A DNA stretch of 61,730 bases from Candidatus Omnitrophota bacterium (lineage in GTDB: Bacteria; Omnitrophota; Omnitrophia; Omnitrophales; Aquincolibacteriaceae): contig JBDRCT010000021.1 in the NCBI GenBank assembly GCA_043821445.1, positions 1 through 61,730 on the forward strand, read 5' to 3'. This document shows, piece by piece, positions 46,301 to 51,500 of this stretch (positions are counted from its first letter, which is position 1; each line of letters begins with the position of its first letter). The notes below the pieces were generated by a model. It searched no databases, was not told where the DNA came from, and was given only the letters and a program-made list of their open reading frames with translations. The position numbers were made by a program, and so were the translations under genes.

Positions 46301-48211
46301 AAGTTTGCCTGCGGCCTGAAGTTTCTTAAGGCCATTCCCGAAATGCTCGATGTTGGCGAGCCATTTTTCTTTTAAGTTCGGAGTCTGGAGTCCGGAGTCC
46401 GGAGAAAGCTCGTCGATGAAGCGGGTGTAGCCGGACGCTTCGGCGATCCGTCCCTGCTCCGCCAGGTCGCGGATGATCTGGTCGCGCCATTGCTTGCGCA
46501 CGGAACTCGGAACTCGGGACTCGAGGTTCGTTAAGCCATTCGTATGCAAAAGCTTGTCCCTGGTAGCACGGACAAAAGCATCGTAGAGATTCACTTTGCC
46601 GTTTTTGACCTCGAAGTAGTTCTTCCAGGAAACGTCGCCCTCCATGTGCTCGCGATAAAGCGATTGTTCGGGAAGACGATCGATCTGGGGCACCACAAGA
46701 ATGTACGAGATCCCCTTCTCTTTGAATGTCTGTGTCAGCCCTCCGGTGTGGAAGCCCCCAGCTACAAGGATCGCTGTGTTTGCAGTGCGGGGCTCGTTTT
46801 TTTTCATTAGATCATTCAAATTTTTATAAAAAACTTCGTCGCGCTGCTCGGCAATGCGATAGAAACGAAGGTGGGGCTCGAGTTTTGTCCGCAATTCAGG
46901 ATCAGGGGTCCATGGCTTCACCATGGTCTTCTTCAGGATCGTCCAATCCTCAAAACTGAGTTCCAGCTTGGCGAGGCGTCCCAGAAGCGCCAGTTCTTGG
47001 GTTCGGACATTCAATTGCCGGATCGAGTCCCGGGTTGCGAGCTCCGAGTCTCCGATCATTTTTTCCGTTACCGCTTTCGTATAACGCTCGAAGTCTTCAA
47101 ACAGGCGCGTGCCTTCGATGTCCCGCAATTTCTTTTGATCTTCCACCAGGGAGGCGAGCTCACGGGAGACTTTGATCTTCACATTCTGTTGCTTCGCGAG
47201 GTCCTTCAGGAATAAGGCAAAGGCCTGCGGTGTCAACTGTGATGTCTGGTATTCCTGCCGCTTTCCGTAGAATGCTTGGAGTTCATGTTCAAGCTCCGGC
47301 GAGGCAGATCGACTCTTGAGAACCGACTCCATTTGTTCCGCGATCTTTTTGACTTCGATCGAAAGACTCTGTTCTGTTGTTTCTTGTCTCTTGTCTCTTG
47401 CTTCTTGCTTTTGGTTGATCTGAATTTCTCCAAGCAATACCGCGAGTTCCGAACCTTCGGGAGGCAGCAGGTATTGACTTAGCCCGCTCAGGACTTGCGC
47501 AAGGTCGGTCTTATTTTCGCCGAACTGCGCAAGAAGACGGTCGACCTTAAGAAGATCTCCGGGGTAAATCGCCTCTTTTTCCCGTTCTAGGTCGATGATC
47601 CGTTGCTGGAGCAATGCCGTGACTTCACCTTCTGTTTTCATGGCTTCTAAGAAGTTGGCGATCCCTTTTTCGTAAAGTTCCCAATCTTCGATGCCTTGAA
47701 AGATCGTTGTGTTTCCGCCAGAGGCGGATCCGCCTCCGGCGGAGAACAAAGCGGCCGCTGTCCCGCCGGTAAGCTCGCCTTTTTCGGAATAATCATCGAA
47801 CGTCTTACGGAGCAGTCCCTGATCCGGAAAACTCCGGAAGATCTGCGGGTCCAGCCTTTCCGAAGCTCCTTCAAGTCCGACGAGAGTGACCCCGTACTCT
47901 TTTTGAAAAAGATCAATAGCAGACTGGATACTGCGTTGGGCATCAGGAACGGAGTGGGCGTCCTGGATCAAGATCACTGTTTTGTCGCTTGCCCCACGGT
48001 AGATTTCCCGGATCTTTCCAATCTCAGCGGGGAGCGAGATATCCATCAAATCCTTAAACGGTGTGACAGGATCCGGACGGACAGAAGACACCGTATTCGC
48101 ATAGGCAGAAGGCATCGTCCATGTCACACTCGTGAGTGTGAACATAAAGACCACCCCCCAAACGATGGCTCGCAAAGCGGCGCCGTAGTTTTTCTTACTT
48201 TTTATGGTCAT
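31301..48211 (-). CDS. Giant modular ORF 1 (5,636 aa): signal peptide + conserved N-module + ~15 cargo modules + conserved C-module
   Basis: Uninterrupted 16,911-nt ORF. Sec-type N-terminus (MTIKSKK..AIVWGVVFMFTLTSV..AYA-N). Contains 15 RSExR junction motifs plus 1 RAEVR. Recognisable internal domains are listed as separate features. The terminal modules are paralogous to the neighbouring giant ORF. Confidence 0.85.
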   Translation of the reverse strand: MTIKSKKNYGAALRAIVWGVVFMFTLTSVTWTMPSAYANTVSSVRPDPVTPFKDLMDISLPAEIGKIREIYRGASDKTVILIQDAHSVPDAQRSIQSAIDLFQKEYGVTLVGLEGASERLDPQIFRSFPDQGLLRKTFDDYSEKGELTGGTAAALFSAGGGSASGGNTTIFQGIEDWELYEKGIANFLEAMKTEGEVTALLQQRIIDLEREKEAIYPGDLLKVDRLLAQFGENKTDLAQVLSGLSQYLLPPEGSELAVLLGEIQINQKQEARDKRQETTEQSLSIEVKKIAEQMESVLKSRSASPELEHELQAFYGKRQEYQTSQLTPQAFALFLKDLAKQQNVKIKVSRELASLVEDQKKLRDIEGTRLFEDFERYTKAVTEKMIGDSELATRDSIRQLNVRTQELALLGRLAKLELSFEDWTILKKTMVKPWTPDPELRTKLEPHLRFYRIAEQRDEVFYKNLNDLMKKNEPRTANTAILVAGGFHTGGLTQTFKEKGISYILVVPQIDRLPEQSLYREHMEGDVSWKNYFEVKNGKVNLYDAFVRATRDKLLHTNGLTNLESRVPSSVRKQWRDQIIRDLAEQGRIAEASGYTRFIDELSPDSGLQTPNLKEKWLANIEHFGNGLKKLQAAGKLSESGIAQLLKSITTAEPVLASVLVPGAEIRWPLSVPRSEVRATDAERLIEKIQEELRALRDPQEKIEVLSPLTLSEQELLLRYVLGNVKKEEEWMLRVFISHATELFGSIEDPELLVPGAQHPVRAVRSWATESLEALAEKNDDEIKQNLLKYLPQLLRVRKKEGDWENQKRLDHVLVYLGQKGAALKSVLADIRGNDPVSRQLVRILRWTEFVPALIQLDRERARDLVGSNGDILSLIALILAGHPDEEQHVLDQYCRGKARLADLRKFRKWALEARPGKVAVIEAERLGREQFLQLIKSLPDFEFEVTLTTSFWAGKQRYFVMCGDGGTVGGFPWMTLQNAVALHNHPPDANRPQDIVSSGDKNMIQNNFINRSVLPRLFAIQRDITTSRSLEMAEYGLKKGAKKRTAEIKGVYRGEQDIDRILEEVFQLSQISGRSEMRKTRSEARDNRLQGSSRRYFLGLCLKSFAFASVAGLPSVVLAQSSERTIFAARDWKIIGATDSGPGARPIRTPHGTFTEIKIVYKGDQIFSVKGNGYLRGVLPANYRGPNEERVDWGTSFVLPGYWSEGVYSHNPRITQAKFKSGKDGTVVLSGVMEDKKEAFQSKDFKMIFRKPLKESVEAEVSFTLKARRNFSIDADRAANHEGFKVLQFSSMNIGTAHDADFAIYQGENKAMVRSPTAGKNRFIVPQPQPLEHGLVYLTNEKPSSWGYRPTVFIQMLPDSTPSDFSAQGWIAESSNPNDDNLGAWIHFDRTKKTPYKKGNTIVRVHAVLGTTRPGLPLVAPASRSEARSSAGVPETEMMERFALLMDPAERARREIEEVIFSIGPGDGKFEAEITRDPHRAVVAADTYGVEYRDYHERFFRNDLTIQREAVFRPNLVLLNKDFQELLKAVPDRTLDALVLLHSDPEPLARFLADKGPIDKLKDGGKIYIKPYALRMYAEDTVALLEKNYKKQSGSRLFSVSVEGDYSSATPFYIFTKGAEGAAAVDVPDSNVTDGLFNLILGSDLLSGLSPETRGVLEGMVSFFPNLESSQQTSQELVRVLKWGDLHGVALQQEIGAVLARAMAEKIRGRTVKSHIVPGRSSSQRRSEARVAAFKTSQGLFIEEYGDTRRAVEQYARLMADTILDNNRYDRDTTYILPTGSTPIELYDAFIRIVASERIDLSRLHTFNMDEYYPGAAMKKLVPAIAVKQAGFLSSAVSTVVGSLMKRFVPTAKGPVWAEDIHSFRAFMEDKLFKHLRKFGFKDANIHFLNGNAEDFEAECRRYENSFPGRIDLGFGGIGRDGHIAFNEPIIIIGNDLIRKKLSGDQVREWEKKFADFNEFLLEQDVDFDQAVTMALANHFHIRTSNEFREELQGTLKASMKKDSWGPEDLGDLDGLIRGLLGQKVIFYVDEITNERKEQLAEIKAQVERSLGRPVQVVLSQEKPSAMRTRRVELAVPTIIDNMRDFSRIKEMPLQALTIGPETFRRAAKIAVLAFGENKADAVKKATQEPASSEVSASFLQGHPDATFAMDVKAGALLTRPRSEIREDHTPEGLRLLDEGFLRFTPDSLPDFNRRLNILEKNPINGLGINPLNGHMVSSYLWKHPLAQQHPFEMMPIRVIEAELYEKIDAHESNLLWFDERYIPIAGDGIYHPNGSVLSEQELKFAGLKKVFNASGEPVRVKMLVTGNRVFALPGPWVVPYVEEGIGIRILSTFDEISELAGEKVTRNNAGMILKRLAGQGKVRLKVAATIEFKGVGAASFLTSVVTPDALAGLDRKMVYIPGADYKKVTGTASRVGGGVGATGREASFAKGMDAMLRREGAQLLADTVYSSRLFNALTLPELIATKWQQTWYSVRMSFDTNRLAGLVSESYGPLPVWADHDLMEASYQELFQKESREGLDDIVLRYLMENMASNLRALWVTKRNRTRSSNITDNYGPLMQMIDTSVDSVKSFDGEEGARQLFADWRDYPNRFFQAMVHKIANLPVPVSGSLSYAVRRPYFGEAYLRLLLRDPGLVADAERAFAEADRTGSAGIGESEFMALTEEFLKKAFPPATNLQETENRRSDPPSQSEGRIRPDSPNRAEVRDVTVSQPGPGVVRLTSTGKELLTPHADGGYHVDDFVGEASKTRTVMYQGATAKEFLKRTNVFEHETQVVVPAGAEAIVTTEGESFKLSEPGVIGMSHHTTASVAVTRGDIVVITLDKSPAWYEWREEDSGKNVTGKAWEKGGVVVYRHRDRKNWYDLKNGVEGEMGWITDSTTQRFPRSRFPPIVGVSRVEYPEHSGVFSFHDLRTAENLHEHPILNGNWELVETYVVTRGAAALVYFIKDPTGHYRPEILYLRPGDAAFVQPGTIHDLLAIEAPYEHVVFFTPSVHQYGYGTFKRLVEDQEVGMDRAALVKEAMARLRSEIRSSDAVDPEFRAKVMEPIGEKLAERRNGQDYQILILVGASGNGKTEIAKLLQSQGVGEYGPEDIAFMETDDYLGSWSHETPFKLDFFKDDLDALLTQGKRLVIISGVYTPNFLTGYEDHIVDVLLDSPVEQSRLRALVRDGGIAPHKETYRMFKDAPRSIYDLVLTDIPSFSPPLKRSATGSSFSFVSPEIYGKRLGEQSYRVSVRDMDRIIDLIYRESERSGLVTWIDPLSNVLSDVEQLVRGVERTLESMRDKGNTSVIMTVRSFEKGLEVILDGQQDDGTRPRWGDSLSFMVDYIPERFFARKGWWVARTIDKPWEGTSPKPEGGVLAAFGFPSARIDQPRFKNSYSVFTSSAGQRSESREEKPVVGSLSERELQDKIAEIETLNLPGRYAPIIQWIKGEGNLYLPASELTEQTAIVDLGTSTGYGALDLHEAFPAPYIYAVDPKEPSGVAITLHPSDKIVLKKADQRLLGFDFADKGGRPLRVKVIILFNVMQFYRPDEVADIVRQSTEKLDEGGLYILGVRYPTGRTKEFPVLKLMILQKVNGAMVPRELILRQFTDNKSTNLADWVRFMSDDSARVFGPRLATIDRKINAVRTAMLPLEAATLLVQGSTPQIEHRIFQTQQQTLLEEGVQFRPFNFPSDLFGDGSQNESVPIAIPFDQPALRGGSLPFAGRSEMRDAGGQLRSANRISLPVRVVLPGAWKMMAPDLMVVDRLFFVYMTLLQRIAADRDLRETVLNFGDPIKADNSRERNIVHLFRTGRNGGNVAAFWHAKDAGASNLETGAQGLSILFYRLGKLLLEKLPHKEAERLKNGLARWTQRREPSTPDDLLSRFIGTTAVQVSDDTVRQPELEWVLRHERAHWALRVKANPADRETLKKGYVAFLRSANGPKVLREFFLKNKSSYDDQVAEDIERVKIGREDQVKFADEFWAQLAYPEEVFHESSPLVQVIEDLRRIDPVFEEAAVLLERLVRYEGDVKAGEDLRAIVADFGLHQMYPEAGLDAARSEMRDEALIKKIEAIQVTGNNQALYNFVFTGSLIPQRYGLFPGADITVHFFEIYKNGTRSVGWMALAPFPGTPFGEGWQGHRLILTDMHIEDHVDRGQGIRTGFLKSLDPGTSLWFLPLTNSTALVEMSRMAVEQLKKLPQADTLLEEFESLLDGLPEGMDLDDEEDLFVDILPLLYRYQETMEQNDGLTSLAELFKKTFLAKVAEKAGFSIKKVWMEKGYDASVEDDTFQLSVEAQKKEAKYEQVFPGAKKGIGVAEEQVQPSMSFERFSRASRIREKVNLIKSGITEGDPYSVLYFGAGIDLPNVLVTTGADEVVMVDSKGVMKEDVERVDRWFKGDFSKETAIHSVADLAEQSADLVRTKATRGFTREDELYGVSLPLSLWAALRSMGVDRMSWGTNENGILFIEFEKPFPAGKNRNVRFYFVRSGNLTEPGMFQSTGNPQLTKIMGREFDAYFQNGGQSLGHFYDHFIDQVRVKENGFWIVDDHYWPDADFRYHPRKKELVKVLQEFGFNVRDALEGDAELTEALRQTGYGEVNVILQNLGGQSLAPAVPGVRSEARVSSRKVEIPDSNHGINEETFYLRPGAGNVIHISVRGKDGMQFRIERGIDQKYVVLEFNPAGRQIGRTLVSGKTVYVGEPSQEDEFKDIHARPYSRGLEQIDFWIKGEGTTIKIVNAGTDVLDISGSFSLDREMGQITSEEEQRSEMRGLAEIDRLSLNQYEIAKRLMQIEEKLKETLNFATEESDAELGNAVAYATLLSMLKKYAGPLSSKRMLEIGSREGYFLMALRELGMSCDGLEIAPKMVSFGKREGLSVFLGSILDLPRSLPGKYDVTFSRQVLDVLDDVTFDGQFREYDETDLVPGIKQARHRELGRRMLANLAALTNSGGISIHEVLDTLDFPVTKEDYENAGFEVLDEVSDEPHKAKIVILRRVSAAATGIRSEMRAAAINAANGTQSTIRELYQSSEPESRISTGFHYETFVLKAADGQKVPVSARILPIEEAPYFYEGLPHEFSREKKQVDDGIAILEAALKDGEGTVEGHFIFSVKQSGEEVFLEIGNVLAQDDNQRTSGVARNLKYVGTRLIQLAVLLSQSDARTRGAIRFASRKQDPDAERFYDALRPYGLNKEPGENSIYWSLKAEDAAKFVRSVDGRVRSQAGEEGILRHFRQVLPVAVPQEKRSETRSGTTEMLKGRVILHVDDDPADRANIQSSLERAGAEVLSVADGKTALEILGKRDVDAVVTDAHMPEMSGAELIRKVQAIKPEISIVMATREDIDNRNDLAHQLGIAVVRKNQVVETLSKLFKPVVPGRSEVRAQKVQLVPLVVEKLANVLEPSRKGVVLDTSEVLAVYELARKDLPALIQVLKTAAEEQMAQRSVQAGKLYDRIKEYQEEIFRKWAARPADSKEAGISVALMMDEKTNQPFLSRFAQVLKTYAGRRKVELIADSALLNTPELRASAGLYREHPLDPKSVKGTLTVLGSNAQVPLGFDAAAEKAAISMVDFGFRPLSVAFKAGNTPDDVLMRDHLELLLAVTLLHMAELIAERKKEDGPVTAAWLKTQLEAFFGIGGMFQANADGSLSILGAVVQQYLAQSAVGKAA
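31304..32155 (-). other. ORF1 C-terminal module (aa 5353-5636), related to the ORF2 C-terminal module
   Basis: Similar length to, and loosely alignable with, ORF2 aa 3951-4220. The extreme tails are similar: ...GAVVQQYLAQSAVGKAA versus ...LTSFIAAQKAMGASA. Confidence 0.5.
32171..32548 (-). other. ORF1 module aa 5222-5347: response-regulator receiver (REC) domain
   Basis: Has VILHVDDDPADR, DAVVTDAHMPEMSGAELI (phospho-acceptor Asp context) and ISIVMATRE. Bounded on both sides by RSETR/RSEVR. Confidence 0.7.
33281..33976 (-). other. ORF1 module aa 4746-4977: class I SAM-dependent methyltransferase domain
   Basis: Motif I MLEIGSREGYF, motif II CDGLEIAPKM, then YDVTFSRQVLD and GGISIHEV. Confidence 0.55.
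37097..38035 (-). other. ORF1 module aa 3393-3705: class I SAM-methyltransferase-like fold
   Basis: Motif I-like IVDLGTSTGYGALDL, followed by YIYAVDP and ILFNVMQF, then EGGLYILG. Confidence 0.4.
38051..39121 (-). other. ORF1 module aa 3031-3387: P-loop NTPase/kinase-like domain plus unknown C-terminal half
   Basis: Walker A ILILVGASGNGKTEIA followed by an acidic ETDDY and a hydrophobic strand LVIISG. Resembles small-molecule kinases of the uridine kinase/PRK type. Confidence 0.45.
39137..40090 (-). other. ORF1 module aa 2708-3025: cupin-fold domain in the C-terminal half (possible sugar-phosphate isomerase type)
   Basis: Cupin motif 1 ENLHEHPILNGNWELVETYVVTRG (HxH...E...G) and motif 2 GDAAFVQPGTIHDLLA (G..P.G..H). 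Confidence 0.5.
41726..43018 (-). other. ORF1 module aa 1732-2162: glucosamine-6-phosphate deaminase / 6-phosphogluconolactonase (NagB/Pgl) fold with two large insertions
   Basis: Motifs in canonical order: YILPTGSTPIELY, HTFNMDEYY, IHFLNGNAEDFEAECRRYE, GFGGIGRDGHIAFNEP, ALTIGPETF..AKIAVLAFGENKA. Insertions of about 40 aa and about 130 aa. Confidence 0.7.
46381..46404. repeat. Heptamer array (GAGTCYG)x3.4 inside giant ORF1
   Basis: gagtctg gagtccg gagtccg gag. It is the reverse complement of the CGGACTC family. Confidence 0.75.
46501..46521. repeat. Heptamer array (CGGRACT)x3 inside giant ORF1, inverted relative to 46381-46404
   Basis: cggaact cggaact cgggact. Same unit family as the ORF2 (CGGGACT)4. 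Confidence 0.75.
47383..47410. repeat. Heptamer array (CTTGTCT)2(CTTGCTT)2 inside giant ORF1
   Basis: cttgtct cttgtct cttgctt cttgctt. Encodes part of NQKQEARDKRQETTEQ. Confidence 0.8.
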
Positions 48212-48470
48212 AAGATATGTGACTTTTTATACTCCAAAAGTTAGGCTCCAATCCCCTATTCTTGTCTCTACAGAAACTTTGCCATAGGAACTAAGATATT
48301 TCAAGAGCCTTAAAGTATTTATTTGGATGTCTTTGACTATATTTTGCTATAAAAAGATAGTTTTGCTATTTATTGCTAATATCAATAATGCAAACGAAGT
48401 GGCTTTTTGATTTTCAAAGAGAGCCATCTCGCCCGTTCTTTTACAGTCCCGAAGACCGGGTATCGGGATT
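48212..48470 (-). promoter_or_regulatory. AT-rich inter-giant spacer, presumed promoter/leader of giant ORF1
   Basis: Markedly AT-rich compared with flanking coding DNA. TATAAA (minus sense, 48226-48231) lies 14 nt upstream of the ATG. TTTTGCTAT is directly repeated. No clear Shine-Dalgarno sequence. Confidence 0.3.
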
Positions 48471-48507
48471 AAAAACAAAAAAGCCATCGCCGTTTCCAAC
48501 GATGGCT
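48471..48507 (-). terminator. Rho-independent terminator downstream of giant ORF2
   Basis: Minus-sense AGCCATCG-TTGGAAACGG-CGATGGCT followed by TTTTTTGTTTTT. Lies 31 nt after the ORF2 stop codon. Confidence 0.7.
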
Positions 48508-48537
48508 TTTTTGTCTTGAGCGTTGCCGAGCGGTACG

Positions 48538-51500
48538 TTACGCTGAGGCCCCCATGGCTTTCTGAGCCGCGATAAAACTCGTTAGATTGGCCATTAACTC
48601 GCCTAACCGGCCTTCCCTGTCCAACATCGCAATAGCAATGAACGGAATCATACCTTCCAAGGAACCCAGGAGCTTGTCCGCCGCCAAAAGCGCCGAGGCG
48701 GTTTGCTTGAGCGGACTCGTTGCATCCCCGATCACGCTCAAAAGATACTTGCGACCGCCGATCTTGGCCTGCACCGCAGGATCTTCCTGGTCCATAACGA
48801 GCGCTACCGCTGTACCGCGAGGAGCGGCATCATTATAGAACGCCGTGAATTGAACGTTAAAGTCGGATGCGTTCGAAACCGCATTCACCTTGAAATTTTT
48901 TCCGAGGACATCGCCAGCACCCACGGCAAGAGCCTTCTCGAAGGCTTTGACATCATCGACATGCGCGATCAGCGCCAGTGTCACCTGGGCTCTCGGGTTA
49001 TAGCGTGCAAAAGCTACCAATGGCAGGACACTCGCCACATCCGGAACTCCGTGGCGTAAATCAACCAAGAGTCTTTCCTTGGAAGCCCTCGCGGAATGGG
49101 ACAAGATCGTTTTGAAAATGGTCCACTTGCTGAACGCCGCAGGAATGGCCGGCACTGTGCTGAAATGTTCAGGAAAAAGTTTTTGAGCGATCCCGGTAGC
49201 GACCCCCGCAGCAAACACCTTCGCTGCGGTCGCGATTGAAAGGATACGCGCGGTCACTTTCTCGGCCGTGATCAACGCGGCTTCAAGCGTCGGATTCCGC
49301 TCAAGAGAGATTTGTCCTATCGAAATGTTCAAGTCCCCGATGACCGCTTCCCGCACTTCCGAGCGGGAGGCTTCCCCTTGATCTTGTGGGATTGCGGGTG
49401 TAGCCGGAGTTTCGGATTGCACAACAGGAGTCGTGGGACTCACTTTTGCCGGTTTTTGACGCTCAAGCACCCGTTGGACTGCAAAAGCGGTGGAAGCGGT
49501 CAATCCTGCTGTTGCAATTTCTTTTACCCCTTGCAAAAGCGGTAGGATCATTTTTGCCAAGACCTTCCCCAGTTCCACGCCCCACTGATCGAAACTGAAA
49601 ATATTGAGGATGAACCCCTCCGCGGCAACCTGATGCTCATACATGGCGATCAATTTTCCGAGCATATAGGGAGTCAACTCATCGATCAAGATCAAATTAG
49701 TGGGTTTGCTCCCCTCAAAGGTCTTGTGTCTTGCCAACCATAGGAAATCTTCCTCCGTCCAATTTTCATATTTCTTTGGATTTTTTGCCTGGTCCGCTTT
49801 GAGTTCCGCTAAAACTTGAGTCGTGGACTTCCCGACCGCAAGGGCTTCCGTCTGACCCAAAAGGTTTGACAGGAGCACTTGATGATGCCCCGGCACCGTA
49901 TGCGAAGGATTGATGAAACCGATGAAGTCCTCTGGTATCACATCCCCCTGATGCGGTTGCTGTTGGTAAGCATGTTGACCGTTTGTCATGGCTTCCCCAA
50001 AAACCGAAGAGCTCGTGCTATACGTCACACGTTTGCCATTACGGTCAATGCTTTTGCCGTTCGACTCCATGAACAATTGCTGAAGATAGGCCCCCAGACG
50101 GCTTAAAAGCTGGGAGTACGGCGCCACAATAAAAACCGTCATCTTCAGAAAAATACGGTTCCAGATATCCAGAAGGGCCTTCAGTACCGGGATGTTTTTG
50201 GCGAACGGTGCCGTCCGGAAATGCACATCCATCTCATGGGCGCCGGCGAGCATTTGGAAGAAATTCTCCGGCCCGATTGCGAGCATGATCGGAAGACCGA
50301 TCGCCGACCACATGGAGTAACGACCGCCGACCCAATCCCAAAATTCAAACATATTCGCCGTATCGATCCCGAATGCTTTGACCAATTCTTCCGCTGTTGA
50401 GACCGCCATAAAATGACTCGCGACCGCCCTCTCGTCGCCTTGGTAATGTTTCAGGAGCCAATTTTTGGTCGTAACGGCGTTCATAATGGTTTCTTGTGTC
50501 GTATAGGTCTTGGACAACACAAGAACAAGCGTTTCTTCGGGATCAAGTTCCTGCGGCACGCCCGGCATTTGCCCCGTAACCTTGCTTGCGACATCCGCGC
50601 CATCAACGTTAGCAACGAAATAGAATTTCATACCTGTCACCCGGGATGCCTCCAAGGCCAAAACTGCCATCTCAGGCCCAAGATAAGAACCGCCGATCCC
50701 TTCGACTACAACATTTTTAAATTGCTTGCCGGTATATCCTTTCCGTGCTCCGGAATGGATTTCACGGACGAATTGGGCCATTTTATTGAGAACTTTCAGC
50801 ACGTCCGGCATCACGTCTTTGCCGTTGACGATCATCGGCCCTGCAGAGATCCATTCTCCGGTCGCTTCATCTTTCTTGATATTACGCAAAGCTGAATGAA
50901 AAACCGGCCGTTTTTCCGTTTCGTTGATCGGAGCTCCGGCGAACATGAGATCGATCGACTTCCGAAGTCCCGTTTTCCCGGCAAGCTTGACCAAGAGATT
51001 AAGGACCTGCTTTGTGATAAGGTTCTTGGACCCGTCAAAATAAAAGTCCCCGAGATCCACGGAGAAGTTCTCACGTCGTGTAGGATCTTTCTCGTACGCT
51101 TTCGCGATGTTCATTCTTTTCACGAACGGAGCAAAAATCTTGAGCGTCATCCATTCCCACGATCTTGACGGATTGACGCGCGGCAATATGCCCTCGCGGA
51201 CCTCAGAGCGGGTTTGACCGGACCGGAGTTCCTTCACTTGGGCCTCAAGCTTTTGGATTTGCTGTTCGAAACTGGCCAGACTGGCCTTCGCCTGCTCGCG
51301 TTGCGATGTTCCGCCTGGCAACAATTCCGGCTGGTCCGTATAGGCAGACACTATCAAGTTCCCCATTGCCTCTTGCAATATCCGGATCTGGGCCAAGAGC
51401 CCTGGGATCCGTGCATCGGTTCTCGCTTCGGAGCGCGCAGACTGAAGTTTTTTGAGCGTTCCCTGGAGCCGTTTAACGCGGCTCGGAATATCCACCAACA

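Larger units (their letters stand above)
46193..48211 (-). other. ORF1 N-terminal module (aa 1-673), paralogous to the ORF2 N-module
   Basis: Alignable blocks: ILIQDAHSVPDAQ / LIHIQSAHGNYEAE; LVGLEGAS / LMLLEGAA; FRSFPDQ / FRMFPDH; ILVAGGFHTGGLTQTFKEKGISYILVVPQI / VIVTGGFHTDGLKKLAAAKNCSYLQITPRI. Confidence 0.8.
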
